Shown: positions 50,161-63,410, counted from the first letter of the stretch. The stretch is 64,000 bases of DNA from Mytilus californianus (GCF_021869535.1 NW_026262582.1:7378001-7442000); one strand, 5' to 3'. The notes: generated by a model from the letters alone, not told the origin. Translations and numbers: made by a program.

Positions 50161-50713
50161 TGTTCTGTGTAAGGGGAGGGTTGAGCGCTCACAAACATGT
50201 TTAACCCCGCCACGTTCTATAAGTGTCTGACCCAAGTCAGGTGTTCTGGGTAAGGGGAGGGTTGAGCGCTCACAAACATGTTTAACCCCGCCACGTTCTA
50301 TAAGTGTCTGACCCAAGTCAGGTGTTCTGGGTAAGGGGAGGGTTGAGCGCTCACAAACATGTTTAACCCCGCCACGTTCTATAAGTGTCTGACCCAAGTC
50401 AGGTGTTCTGGGTAAGGGGAGGGTTGAGCGCTCACAAACATGTTTAACCCCGCCACGTTCTATAAGTGTCTGACCCAAGTCAGGTGTTCTGGGTAAGGGG
50501 AGGGTTGAGCGCTCACAAACATGTTTAACCCCGCCACGTTCTATAAGTGTCTGACCCAAGTCAGGTGTTCTGGGTAAGGGGAGGGTTGAGCGCTCACAAA
50601 CATGTTTAACCCCGCCACGTTCTATAAGTGTCTGACCCAAGTCAGGTGTTCTGGGTAAGGGGAGGGTTGAGCGCTCACAAACATGTTTAACCCCGCCACG
50701 TTCTATAAGTGTC
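50161..50713. repeat. 81-bp tandem array (~6.8 copies) derived from an internal piece of repeat family A
   Basis: Unit tgttctgggtaaggggagggttgagcgctcacaaacatgtttaaccccgccacgttctataagtgtctgacccaagtcagg; period 81 (50161, 50242); internal copies appear identical. Confidence 0.95.
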
Positions 50714-51554
50714 AGGTGCCTATAATTCAGTGTTTGTCATTGCTTCATGTCTGTCATATTTGTATTTCATAAATTGTATTGTTATCAATTAGGTCGTTAG
50801 TTTTCTAGTTTTTACATGTCGGGAAGTTTACAGCTGACTCTGTATTATGGGCATTTACTGTCATTTACTCGTAATTGCTTTTATTTATACGTCATTTGAA
50901 CTCTTGTGGATAGTCGTCTCATTCATACTACATCTCCCAATGTTTATATTGATACATTTGTTATTACTCAATGAAATAATAACTCGTTATCCTGCAAGAT
51001 TTCTTGTCTTAATTCTCAATGTTCGGAAATGATCGAGTGTGTGTATAGTTCATTTTATTTTAGTGAGTCATTTCCTAAGTGGGATCTGGTATTCTAGAGT
51101 CGACTGTTCCCAAATCAACGGGAAGATCCAGGATACTGCCGGGTCGAGCGCGAGGCGAAAAATGTTTGGGACGATTTTTTGCTAAAATAAATCATATAAA
51201 TCATGAGAACATGAGGTTTTTTTGCAATTAAAAGGTACGCCCTGTCCTGGATTCGCCACTGAAAAAGTCCCTTTCGTATGAAATGCCTACGGCAATATAC
51301 TTGTCAACACAAAGAGCAGATGAAAGCTATTGGCGATTAAAACATTATATTTTGATACATTTTCTGCATTACAACAAACCAAAGCTTATCATACCGCAAT
51401 GCCCATTAAAACACCATTTTAGAGGCAATTTGAGTATCTTTGAAATGATTTATAGGAAAGAGCTCGACTTTTATGCGCTATACCTTTCATCGTGTACGTC
51501 ATCGTAGACGATCGTGATCATATTTAGCGCTTTTGTCTTTTAAGGTTTAATTCA

Positions 51555-51797
51555 ACAATACAACCAGGTCATATCGCAGTAAAATGTTCTAAGTTTATCC
51601 TCTTGTGATCCTCCGACAATACAACCAGGTCATATCGCAGTAAAATGTTCTAAGTTTATCCTCTTGTGATCCTCCGACAATACAACCAGGTCATATCGCA
51701 GAAAAATGTTCTAAGTTTATCCTCTTGTGATCCTCCGACAATACAACCAGGTCATATCGCAGAAAAATGTTCTACGTTTATCCTCTTGTGATCCTCC
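51555..51797. repeat. 61-bp tandem repeat x4
   Basis: caatacaaccaggtcatatcgcag(t/a)aaaatgttcta(a/c)gtttatcctcttgtgatcctccga; period 61 (51601, 51662, 51723). Confidence 0.95.
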
Positions 51798-52235
51798 TTT
51801 CGAGTTTCTAAATTGCCATAATAAATTTCTATATTCTCTATAACAAATGTCACGAAAAGATTAACAGCCACCTTATTATTGAATTACCTGTAATAAATGT
51901 GTCTGGAAATATATTATTTCAGCATCAGCACGCTGCAAAAGTACACGATCCATATAATATGTATTAATTAGAACTCACCTGCATCAGGGGAAAGTTTGAA
52001 ATGGAATAAGTAAAAGGTACGTGGTTCAAAGATAATAAAGGATAACATGGGGACGTTAATACCGACGCCTCGTGTCGAAAGAGAACGGTCCGTAAGTAGC
52101 CTGTGTTGGAAGTCTACACTTCAACCTTTTTCTGACGGAGTTCGAGTGGTAGTGAAAATTCCCGCCCTTTATCCCGGTCGAGCAACTTTGAGGAAACTAC
52201 CTATTGAGTTATTGCCAACTTGTTCTTCAATCGAA

Positions 52236-52446
52236 GAGGGTGTGGATATAGGGGGTTGCAGAATAGAGAATAATGGGCAAAAAATATAAAGAATAGAGAA
52301 AAATGGACACAATAATAAAGAATAGAGAATAATGAGGTGCTAAAATATAAAGAATAGAGAATAATGGGCAAAAAGTAAAAAGAATAGTGAAAAATGGCAA
52401 AAAAAATTAAAGAATACAGACATGAAGGACCCCCATCCATACCCTC
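52236..52446. mobile_element. MITE family C copy
   Basis: gagggtgtggat...atccataccctc terminal inverted match, with internal AAAGAATAGAGAATAATG repeats. Partial relatives at 47250-47345 and 53925-54045. Confidence 0.7.
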
Positions 52447-52627
52447 AGTTATTGTCAACCTGTTCTTCAATTAAACATGCGTGAAATATCTGCCACTGAA
52501 CGATAAGAAAACAACAACCCATTTACCAATCAATCCTAACCTGTGACTATGACAAATCGTTACCAAGAATTTTTGTATTAGATACACTTTGAGGGTGTTA
52601 GCTCGAAAGGGTGTATCTAATTTACAT

Positions 52628-52830
52628 CAAGATATTATTGTCAATGCAGAATGATAATTTTCAATAATTCAGCCATTTGACCATATGTTATTGAAAAGCA
52701 TGATAAATGCTGCGTATCCAAGATATTATTGTCAATGTAGAATGATAGTTTTCAATAATTCAGGAGTGGATCTTTCAGCCATTTGACCATGCATATGTTA
52801 TTGAAAATCATGATAAATGCAGCGTATCAA
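52628..52830. repeat. Direct duplication of ~90 bp
   Basis: caagatattattgtcaatg.agaatgata.ttttcaataattcag...gccatttgaccat..atgttattgaaaa.catgataaatgc.gcgtat occurs twice. Confidence 0.85.
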
Positions 52831-54162
52831 ATTGCATTTAACGACATCTTGGTGTAAGGAAATATATAATACTTAGCTAGTCACTGTCAGCACAATACAA
52901 GTAAATTGAAATACATTGAATCATAGATATGTCAAAGCTTTTTGCAATAAAATAGTACTGGAATCAGATATTTGCACGTTGCTATTTTCTGTTGTTTAAA
53001 TAAAATCTTCCTTGTAAGAATAATACCAAATAACCATGACAACAGACATTTATTCTCATGAGAAAATCTTTTAATAATTATATCATATTAAATTGTCATA
53101 AAACTTGTAAAGTTTCTCAATGAATTCGATCAGAGAAATAGGCTTCCATCAGCATCAGCTATAGACGCTTCATCATCGTCTGACACTCGGTACCGTCCAA
53201 AGAAAAATAGTTATATTCATTTTCTTCTCCCCGATGAAATTTATAATGGAAAACGTTGACAAAAAATCAAATAATCATGTAGTGGAAGGAAATTAAATCT
53301 GCAGAACTTTCGTCTGGGTCAAAAACAGAATTAATTGCACGCTTCTGTAATATGCTGTGGGATAAGGAAAAGATCACGATATATAAAGGCTAACTATCGG
53401 TTAGCATAACTTATCAGTGTGTTGTTTAAAACTGTATGTTGAACTTTATAATACGTATGTTGGTTAATTATGTCGTTGGGTTGCGGTCTCCTTGGCGTAT
53501 GCAGTACATCTCCTTTAATTCATTTATATAGACATAAAATTGAGAATGGAAACGGGGGATGTGTCAAAGAGTCACCAGCCCGACAAAAGTGCAGAAAACA
53601 GGGATGCTGTGTCGTGGGTTGCTGTCTCATTGGCGTATGCAATACATCTCCTTTAATTCATTTATATAGGAATCTGATGTTCAGTAGTTGTCGTTTGTTA
53701 AGTGGTTCATAAGTGTTTCTCGTTTCTCGTTTTGTATATAGATTAGACCGTTGGTTTTCCCGTTTGACTGGTTTTACACTAGTAATTTTTAGGGGCCCTT
53801 TATAGCTTGCTGTTCGGTGATTTTGAATGTTGTTAAGTATAGCACCTAAAGACATGAAAGACTTAACAGAAGCCACCGCGATGAAGAACACGAATAAAAC
53901 ACGATGTCTTGTACTCTTTTATTTTGTAGGTATTTTTCCCCATTTTTCTATTCTTTATATTTTAGCACCCCTTTATTCTCTTTTCTTTATTATGTAATCC
54001 TATTTTTTCTCTATATTCTTTATTTTTTGGCCCATTTATCTGATTATTGACAGATATCCCTATAGTAGAGAATATGATAGTATGTTAAACACGTGTGAAA
54101 AGTTCTAGTATTAAGCGCTATACTCAATCGTTGCCAAATATACAACAGACAAAAGAAACTTT

Positions 54163-54635
54163 ATCGCACCTCGGGTAAATAGTGACGTTGTATAGTGATG
54201 TAATGCTATATATGCTAAATTTACTTAGGTCAGGTTTAGGCTGGTCCTCTCCCTTGCGACATACGGGTATCTCAGCAGTGGCGGATCCAGGGGGAAAGGG
54301 GGGAGGGGGGTTACGGGGGTTGGACCCCCCCTTTTTTTATGATCAATGCATTTGAATGGGACATATAGTTGGAACCCCCCCCCCCCTTTTTATCCTGGGT
54401 TGGGAACCCCCCACCCCCTTTTAAAAATGGCTGGATCCGCCCCTGCTCAGATATAATCTGTCAGAGCCAAACAGATAAAGGACAGGGAACCAGTCTAAGG
54501 TCAGGTTTAGTAATTTGTGTCAGCGGACTCTTCGGTATTTTTCGTACGATACAGTGTAAAATATTTTGCCCCAAAACACCCGTTTTTCTATGGATCCGAG
54601 CTGTTCAGGGTCAGTATCAAACCATATAACTTGTT
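54163..54635 (+). mobile_element. Non-autonomous derivative of the Crypton family, with a nested MITE
   Basis: 5' ttatcgcacctcgggtaaatagtgac matches 43991-44015; 3' ctatggatcc...gggtcagtatcaaaccatataactt matches 46516-46555. Confidence 0.6.
54276..54445. mobile_element. MITE with CAG(T/G)GGCGGATCCAG TIR
   Basis: ctcag|CAGTGGCGGATCCAG ... CTGGATCCGCCCCTG|ctcag: 15-bp TIR with 1 mismatch and a 5-bp flanking repeat CTCAG. Confidence 0.8.
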
Positions 54636-56044
54636 ATATCAAAATTTTGCTGACCTCATTTTATGGATCAGTGTTTAACGATTATGTAAATTTCTAAGGT
54701 AATATAAGCAATAGATCAACTGCATTGGGTGTATAGAATAATTGTATGGTTAACATGTCCGTCTGGCAGGGTTCATCCGAACAGAGCCTCAATTTTTTGG
54801 TTCAATGCTCAACGTTTAGTTATCGTTATCGAATTTTTCTCAGATACTATAAACAATAATGGGTCAGCGTTCATCTGACCTTGACCTCATTTTTATGGTT
54901 CATTGGTCAACGTTAGTTTTACGGGATAATGTTAGTTTAACTTTTGCCAATAACATAGGCAAAGTATCAGCTATATTTAATTTGTTTATTTAAGGAATGA
55001 CTGTAATATTTTTTCTGTCTATTCGAAATAACATCAAAAATGTGGTGCACACTGAATGACCCGCGTAGAAGACAATCAGAAGACACGTTACATCCAAAAT
55101 TAAATTATATTTATATATACATGTATATTAATTTTAAAATTTTCGTGACTTATTTCACAGGTATTTGGGGACAGGACAATGTTTTTATCCTCCCCTTTTT
55201 TTTCCAAAATCCCATTATATATTTTTTTTAATTTTATAATTGCAATTATTTTCATGTTTTTTTTCCATATATGAGGGGGTGGACAGGGGGTACCCTTCTC
55301 CGACCTCCCGGCCCCTATCTCCCACCTCCCACTTTAAGAATCTTTTTTTTCTCTCCTACTATTTTTGTCTACCACCTAATTTCAATCCCCCATTACTCCC
55401 ATGGTGATCGCCTCATGCACGACTACCGCGTCCAGTCTCCTTATTCCTATACGCCTGGCTTACCCCTCAAAAAAGGACACAGAAAATTCAAGAGGTATCT
55501 AAAAAATCGGTGTTAATCAGGGCAAATATAACGTACACCTTTTTCAGACTAATAAGATTCGAAATTAATGTCACAACTCTTCCTGACTTCATCTAATACT
55601 GTCAATAAAACAAGTTCTCTGTAATGTGACTCAACATAACTCCAGGATATTACAGTCGGTATTATCGATTCTGTGGCTATATTTAATCCAATAAACAGTA
55701 ATTTGTATGTATATCACACGTGTGAAACAATAAGATGGTGATCAATACGTATAATAACAGAGTACATGTGTCTTTTATTAAAAAGCCAATTAACGTTGCT
55801 TTATAAAAACTCGACAACCTGATGCTTTTTCCGCTATTGGTCAATTTAGAAAAAGATGTGAACTAAAGATAAGAAGTTTATGGCTCTAAGACGGATTGCA
55901 TGTCTCACCAGCATTTACCATTAAGATAATTTTCACCTTTTTCAAAAAAAAATTCAAGAAACGAAATATTTGTTTTCAAATATATAGCGCAAGTGAAATC
56001 AAGCCAATAAACTATTTTGCTTCAGTACCACGACAACATTATAT

Positions 56045-56566
56045 AAATAGCACATAGCTGACAGGGTAGTAGGGCAGATTGTTACCCCGAGAAAACATTG
56101 TCAACTAAGGCGAAGCCGAGGTTGACAATGTTCTTTCGATGTGTATCAGGCATCTCTTTCAATCTCTCAGCTATGTGTTATTTAATTTATTATACTGGAT
56201 GTTCTATTATTATTGTCTAATATCACTATTACATTTTGAATTGAAAGATCTTAACTATGACTTTGTGTACATAACAACGTTACAGTTAAAAAAAAAATCA
56301 ACAGAAGTGAAGCAAGATATATATATAATTTTTTTTGACAGTGTATGAAAAAAGTTCTGAGGCCAAAACGTAGAACTTGGGCATTCAGTGTCGTGAATTT
56401 ATTGATGTAAATTCAATTAATTGTCCTTTATAGTTTTTCGATTTTTGATTGCACTGCACGAGAGAGCGACATTAATAAAATTGTATCCCGCTTAGCCATG
56501 AGATAGAGTAAATTATCTCCCTCGTATAGCCAATCAAAATCTGGCATTTTAACGTGAGGTATGATA
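56045..56566 (-). mobile_element. Non-autonomous Crypton-like element of a related family
   Basis: Begins AAATAGC, has a hairpin aacattgtcaac-taaGGCGAAGCCgag-gttgacaatgtt (~56093-56132), and ends ccaatcaaaat...gaggtatgataat. This mirrors the reverse complement of the autonomous element's ends (ccaatcacaat...gaggtgcgataat). Confidence 0.55.
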
Positions 56567-56700
56567 ATATATGAACATACTAATCATGATAAAAAAAATC
56601 TTTACAAAATCTTCAAAGCTTTATACAATTCGATATCAAAATCATCACAAAATCCACGATGAATGCTGGAAATGGAGAAGAATCTGTAACCACACTGGAC

Positions 56701-57241
56701 GCCCAACTCCCAATATATTTATATGCCCAATTAGAATTAACCGTGAAATTAGAATCAAATGGACGCATCGCCCAACTCCCAATATATCTATATGCCCAAT
56801 TAGAATTAACCGTGAAATTAGAATCAAATGGACGCATCGCCCAACTCCCAATATATCTATATGCCCAATTAGAATTAACCGTGAAATTAGAATCAAATGG
56901 ACGCATCGCCCAACTCCCAATATATTTATATGCCCAATTAGAATTAACCGTGAAATTAGAATCAAATGGACGCATCGCTCAACTCCCAATATATTTATAT
57001 GCCCAATTAGAATTAACCGTGAAAGTAGAATCAAATGGACGCATCGCCCAACTCCCAATATATCTATATGCCCAATTAGAATTAACCGTGAAATTAGAAT
57101 CAAATGGACGCATCGCCCAACTCCCAATATATTTATATGCCCAATTAGAATTAACCGTGAAATTAGAATCAAATGGACGCATCGCCCAACTCCCAATATA
57201 TTTATATGCCCAATTAGAATTAACCGTGAAATTAGAATCAA
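56701..57241. repeat. 69-bp tandem array (~7.8 copies)
   Basis: gcccaactcccaatatat(t/c)tatatgcccaattagaattaaccgtgaaattagaatcaaatggacgcatc; period 69 (56701, 56770). Confidence 0.95.
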
Positions 57242-57280
57242 AACCCAAATTTGGCAGACAGTTTAAAAAGTTCACATGCA

Positions 57281-60200
57281 CACTGTAAATATACCTGACG
57301 CCTGACGCGTCCGGACGCGTTCAAAATTTGTACACCGAATGTTCAATATTTTAACGTCATATGTTCATGCTGAGAGACGTGTTCAAAGTTTTAACGTTTG
57401 TGTTAAAAATATTATCATGTGTGTTCAGACGCAGTGAACACCGGTGTTCGAATTCTGATCTAAAAAAAGAAGATAGTCGTTTGTCCGATTTCTATCCTTC
57501 CAATTGGCAAATTCAAAAAGAAATTCTTTAAAAAATATGAATGTATACGACGGATGATGATCTTGTGAATTTTTGGCTAATATTTTAGTAATTGTGAAAT
57601 ATTAAACTTCCAAGCTGGCATATATGTATAGTTTATGAATTTATTTTATTATTTATTTATATATACTAGTTTTACTTATAAGTGACATAATTATGCATAT
57701 CAATGAGGCCTGTTATGATAATATCGTAATAAAAATATGTCGATGTTTTATCTTATTTCATGATCCGTTCATTTTATTAACATGCATTACATGTTAAATC
57801 AGTGTTCAAATCGCTCGAAATTTTGAACACCTCGTGTTAAAAAAAATATACCAGGATACCAAATACCGGCAACAGATATCGGCTGGCGATTTAGGCAATG
57901 GATACACATAAGAAAGAGAACTGGAGAAGGGACTTCTATCCCATATGAACACGAAAGAAGTAAGTAACAAGTTAGAATAATCTCCATAGGTAGTTCGATG
58001 GCTTCCTTGTTATTTTCTCATGCCAGATATATATTTGTCAAATATTCATAACTGTTATATCCAAATTTTCAATATTCAACATAAAAGACGAATTAAAAAA
58101 CGGGCTTTAGATATAAACGTAAATAACAGTCAGCTTTGTTCTGATGATTTCCTAAACTGATGAATAACCAGACTGTCTGTTATACAGAATAAATGATGAT
58201 TTTCGACATCCACATACATTAGCTGAAAACTAAGTGTGAAGAACTCTAACATCAAGTGTTCAAAAATGAAACACAAAGGCATTAAAAACTGAACACCACA
58301 CATTCAATTGATGAACACTAAGTGTGAAGAACTGTAACATCAAGTGTTAAAAAATGAAACACAAAGGCATTAAAAACTGAACACCACACATTCAATTGAT
58401 GAACACTAAGTGTTAAGAACTCTAACATCAAGTGTTAAAAAATGAAACACAAAGGCATTAAAAACTGAACACCACACATTCAATTGATGAACACTAAGTG
58501 TTAAGAACTCTAACATCAAGTGTTCAAAAATGAAACACAAAGGCATTAAAAACTGAACACCACACATTCAATTGATGAACACTATGTGTTAAGAACTCTA
58601 ACATCAAGTGTTCAAAAATGAAACACAAAGGCATTAAAAACTGAACACCACACATTCAATTGATGAACACTAAGTGTTAAGAACTCTAACATCAAGTGTT
58701 CAAAAATGAAACACAAAGGCATTAAAAACTGAACACCACACATTCAATTGATGAACACTATGTGTTAAGAACTCTAACATCAAGTGTTCAAAAATGAAAC
58801 ACAAAGGCATTAAAAACTGAACACCACACATTCAATTGATGAACACTAAGTGTTAAGAACTCTAACATCAAGTGTTCAAAAATGAAACACAAAGGCATTA
58901 AAAACTGAACACCACACATTCAATTGATGAACACTATGTGTTAAGAACTCTAACATCAAGTGTTCAAAAATGAAACACAAAGGCATTAAAAACTGAACAC
59001 CACACATTCAATTGATGAACACTAAGTGTTAAGAACTCTAACATCAAGTGTTCAAAAATGAAACACAAAGGCATTAAAAACTGAACACCACACATTCAAT
59101 TGATGAACACTAGTGCAAACATTTGGAACACCATTTTTGACTTAGAAAATGCATTTGTTTTTTTATTTGCAGGAATCGTTAGATTAAAATGTTTGAATTA
59201 GGAACCGGTAGCCAATAATCCCAAAAAGGTCATTTCTGCATGCTATAAAGTGATGGAAAATAGAAAGATGTCGAAAAAAGGTATGGCAATATATGTATAT
59301 TAATAGCTTATGTGGGTGTATCATTTCTATCTGTTCACCTTAGGTCAAGAAATCGACTTTTGTAATTTATAATGTCAAAACTTGCATTTCATTGCTATAG
59401 AATATCAATTTATACAGTAGTATATATCGACATTAAAGCATAACAAGCATTGCATAATTTGATGCTTTATGAAAAACTCTCTTCTAACTATTTTTGATTT
59501 TAGTTTGGAGGATATATAGGCTCATATACATTCTTGTTGTGGAGGATTTTGACATTGGAAGTTGATAACAACACATAAAATGCCACCCAGTTGATAGCTT
59601 TAAGTGAAGATGCACTGAAAAGTGGAGCGTACATTGTATGTGATCGTACAAGAACTGTTGGAATTTGCCAACTTTTAAACTTTCATTGTGACAAATACCT
59701 ATATCATAAACTATCTAATTATCACATTGACATGCTTTTTGGTTAGGATACAAATGATGTTGCAACTACCTATTCATGTAGGGGAAAATCATTATTTGTG
59801 ATATATATTAAGTCAGTTTAAAAACATTATGTATGTGATTTCACTGACTGTTACTTGTGATATCATAAGGTATCTGGTGTACTTTTCTTACATATAATAT
59901 GCTCATTTGATTACATAAAGAATTACTTGTTAAAATATGTTTTATTGTTATATTTTGCCTGATTGAATATAGTTTTTATAACAGTTTATTTAAGTTGAGT
60001 ACTTGTGGAAAATTATGTACGCTTGAAAATAGAACATTTTCCACATTTGAACACCATCACTTTGAACATTTATGTCAACTGTTCTGAAAGTTAACGTCTG
60101 GTGTTCTGAATCTTAACACTTTGGCTTTAAACATGTTCTATGTGTTCAAAAAGTGTTACATGACTGTTGAACGCGTCGACGTATTAAGATTTTGAACATT

Positions 60201-60407
60201 CGGACACGTTAAATCGTTGAACACTAAGTGTTAAGAACTCTAACATCAAGTGTTCAAAAATGAAACACAAAGGCATTAAAAACTGAACACCACACATTCA
60301 ATTGATGAACACTAGTGTAAACATTTGGAACACCATTACACGTTCAAAAGGTGTAACAAAAAAGCGTTCAAGCAGTGTTCTATTTATTAACACTTAGATT
60401 TACAGTG
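57281..60407. mobile_element. CACTG-ended (CMC/EnSpm-like) non-autonomous DNA transposon, 3.1 kb
   Basis: ca|CACTGTAAAT ... ATTTACAGTG|ca: 10-bp TIR and 2-bp CA target duplication; many subterminal GTGTTC/GAACAC motifs at both ends; no intact transposase seen. Confidence 0.75.
58225..59135. repeat. 88-bp tandem array (~10 copies) inside the CACTG element; one more unit at ~60223-60335
   Basis: cactaagtgttaagaactctaacatcaagtgttcaaaaatgaaacacaaaggcattaaaaactgaacaccacacattcaattgatgaa; period 88 (58231, 58319, 58407, 58495). Confidence 0.95.
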
Positions 60408-60857
60408 CATATATTGAACATGTGTATTCAGTTTCTAGTTGATTTGACCTCAAATATCTTAACCAATAACCTAATACGAGACAGACAACGGAATAACGGA
60501 CGGACGGACGCACAGACCGGAGAACATAATGCACACTTTTGTAGCGGGGCATAAAAATTGTCTTTTTATTGGATGACCTTAATTATACATTTAACATTAA
60601 AAAAATTTAAAAATGTGTTTCCAGTTGGCCTAGCGTTTTCAGAGCATAATATGTTTAAAAATATTAATGACATTTGATGGTATAAAACAACAAAGTTGTA
60701 CGAAATTTCGATTTGGACCTTAGCACCATGTGACTTAAAAGGGTTTATAGACACATAGACAATAGATTAGGGGGACAAGGTGAGGGGAGACGGGGAGAAA
60801 GTGAGTGTCAGAAATGTGAAAGGGTGGGGAAAGGGCGTAGAGGGACGAGAGAAGGAA

Positions 60858-61015
60858 GAAGACTATCCCCGTCATACCCCTCATTGATGCTGAGGGGAGA
60901 AGACTACCCCCCTCATACCCCTCATTGATGCTGAGGGGAGAAGACTACCCCCGTCATACCCCTCATTGATTCTGAGGGGAGAAGACTACCCACGGCATAC
61001 CCCTCATTGATGCTA
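60858..61015. repeat. 41-bp tandem repeat x4, each with a CCCCTCA/TGAGGGG hairpin
   Basis: gaagactaccccc.tcatacccctcattgatgctgagggga; period 41 (60860, 60901, 60942, 60983). Confidence 0.9.
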
Positions 61016-61262
61016 AGTAAAGAAAATAGCTTCAAGGTAAATATAAATTTTAAAAAGCTTGCAAATGAGTTTTTGTGATATTTGTAAAATGCATGTCTGT
61101 CATAATCTATCTTCAATATAAGATTACAATGTTATTATATTAAGTTAATAATAAAACATGATCTTATCAATGAGATGACATCTGCTTTAAAATATAATCT
61201 AAAACAGTCATGATAAAAAAAACAGTATAATCGGTCACAGCTGGTAAAAAAATCACAGTACG

Positions 61263-61410
61263 GGAAAATAAACAACCTTGAGAAGTTACAGTACAATCTG
61301 AAACCGATGGTGAAAGTTAAGAACTCTTGGAAATTGGAAAATAAACAACCTTGAGAAGTTACAGTACAATCTGAAACCGATGGTGAAAGTAAAGAACTCT
61401 TGGAAATTAT
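61263..61410. repeat. Direct duplication of ~74 bp
   Basis: ggaaaataaacaaccttgagaagttacagtacaatctgaaaccgatggtgaaagt(t/a)aagaactcttggaaatt occurs twice. Confidence 0.9.
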
Positions 61411-62769
61411 AGTACAACCTGCAACATATGGTAAAAAGTAAACATCACCAACTACAACTACAACGTAAATGTTACAGTAAAATCTGAAAAGCTGGCGCCG
61501 GGTAATAATACAAACAACTTAAGGGTAATGGTTAGTTGAGGATGAAGTATTGGGGGCACTAGGGTGACAAAGGGAGTGGGACTTGTAAAAAGTCTTATGC
61601 ATCAACCATATATGTATATATAGCTCCATTGAAGTGTGCTTTCTCGATCTTTCTGCTTACCAACCCACATAGAAAATCACTATAAATGAGATCAAATAAC
61701 AAGCTATGTCATCATTACCTGACTAACTATTGATGCTACAATTTCCTTCCAGTACACGAGTTAAATAAGGGAAGTAGCAATTTAATAATAATTTTTTAGG
61801 AACTCTCAGTTAATGAAATAATGGAGATTTGATTGTTTTTTCGATATCTGCCATTCCTCATTTTCAATTATGGTATGAACGAATTCATTTATAGATGTTG
61901 AAATGAAATACAACTTTTCCCGTTTTCCATTAGTTTCTTTTGTGACCTGTGGAAAGATAGCTTTTTGAAGGAGTGTCATGGAAATCTGCATATTTGGTAT
62001 TGTTGAAGTTACAACATTATGCCTGTTGCTTATGAAATTCAACAACTCAAAATGTAAAAAAAAATTGCTTTCAAGCATTCATGGAAAAATTAATGAATTT
62101 TGCAGATGAAATGAGACAATATTTTTTTAATTGCTTGATTCACAGAGGATGCAGTATTACATGTATGTCTTATTTATATTAATCTTTAACTTGTTATAAG
62201 CAAATATTTTGTTGTTGAATTTGCTTGTCATATTTCCGTACATCTAACCCAGATGTTATTTTGTTTTTACATAATACAGGGACCCGGTCCAAAATTAAAT
62301 ATGAAGGTTGAAAAAAAAAGTAAGCGAAATACCATAGGGACAATCAAAATTTATAAGTCAAAGAAAATCTGACAAAAATTCAAATATATGTATTTATATC
62401 ATTGTGTATGGAAATATCTTAAACTTCACACCATAATGTGCATTCACTTATGATTTTGCATGGTACAAATGCTCACTGTCAATCAAGTAATTTAAAAAAT
62501 GTTATCTAATCTCATCTGCAAATGTCATTAATTTTACAACTAGAAATAAATTTAAAAAATCACCATTAATAATACATTATGGACAACACCAGATGTAATT
62601 AATAAAAAATAGCATGTGAATCTGAATAAAAATTACCTTTAGTCATGATTATAAATAATTAAAACCTTTTATATTAATGACAAAAAAATTTAAAAACTAT
62701 ATTTAAATACCCATCAGTAAAATTTCATCATGTGTATTTGTATTTAATTAAGCCCCAATTGTAAATATG

Positions 62770-63410
62770 AATGAGTCAATGTACTAATTCAATTTGATTG
62801 TGGCAAAGTAAGATTAGTGTGAAAACGGCAAATTTGCCAATTTTTCCATTCATAAAGGGACATAACTCGAGAACAGTAACAGTGACGCTACCATATTCAA
62901 ACTTGATATGTGTTTGGTAGTAATAAGCATTGTGAAAAAGTTTAAGAACATTTGGTTGTTGCAAACTAAAGTTGGAGTGAAGAAACTGCAAATAACTTAT
63001 AAGCCAATATTTCCATTTATAAAGGGACATAACTCGAGAACTACACAAGTGACACCACACATATTCAAACTTGATCTTTGTTTGGTGGTAATAAGCATTG
63101 TGTATAAGTTTCAGAACATTTGATTGTGGCAAACTCAAGTTAGAGTGCGGAAACTGTAAATTTGCCAATTTGTTCACTTATAAAGGGACATAACTCGAGA
63201 ACGGCAAAAGTGACGCTACCCATATTCTAATTTAATCTGTGTTTGGTGATAATAAGCATTGTGTATAAGTTTCATAACATTTGGTTGAGGGAAACTAAAG
63301 TTAAAGAATGGAAACTAATTTTGGGACGTACGGACTGACAGACGGACGGACAAACGGAAGGACGTACATACAGACAAGGGTAAAACTAAATACCCCCTCC
63401 GCCGCGAAGT
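62770..63410 (+). mobile_element. HINE/Pearl-like element with ~165-bp core repeats and GACG/GACA microsatellite
   Basis: aaagggacataactcgagaac recurs at ~62855, 63021 and 63182, then gacagacggacggacaaacgg; same family as 5250-5545. Confidence 0.65.

Noticed and set aside
50152-50640. 162-aa repetitive ORF
   Set aside because: Product of an 81-bp (multiple of 3) tandem repeat derived from a non-coding interspersed repeat.
56571-57288. Four or five long overlapping ORFs on both strands
   Set aside because: Explained by a 69-bp stop-poor tandem unit; no start or splice context or domain similarity.
62280-62325. Small exon-like segment (tacag...gtaagc) on the plus strand
   Set aside because: No partner exons or recognisable peptide.
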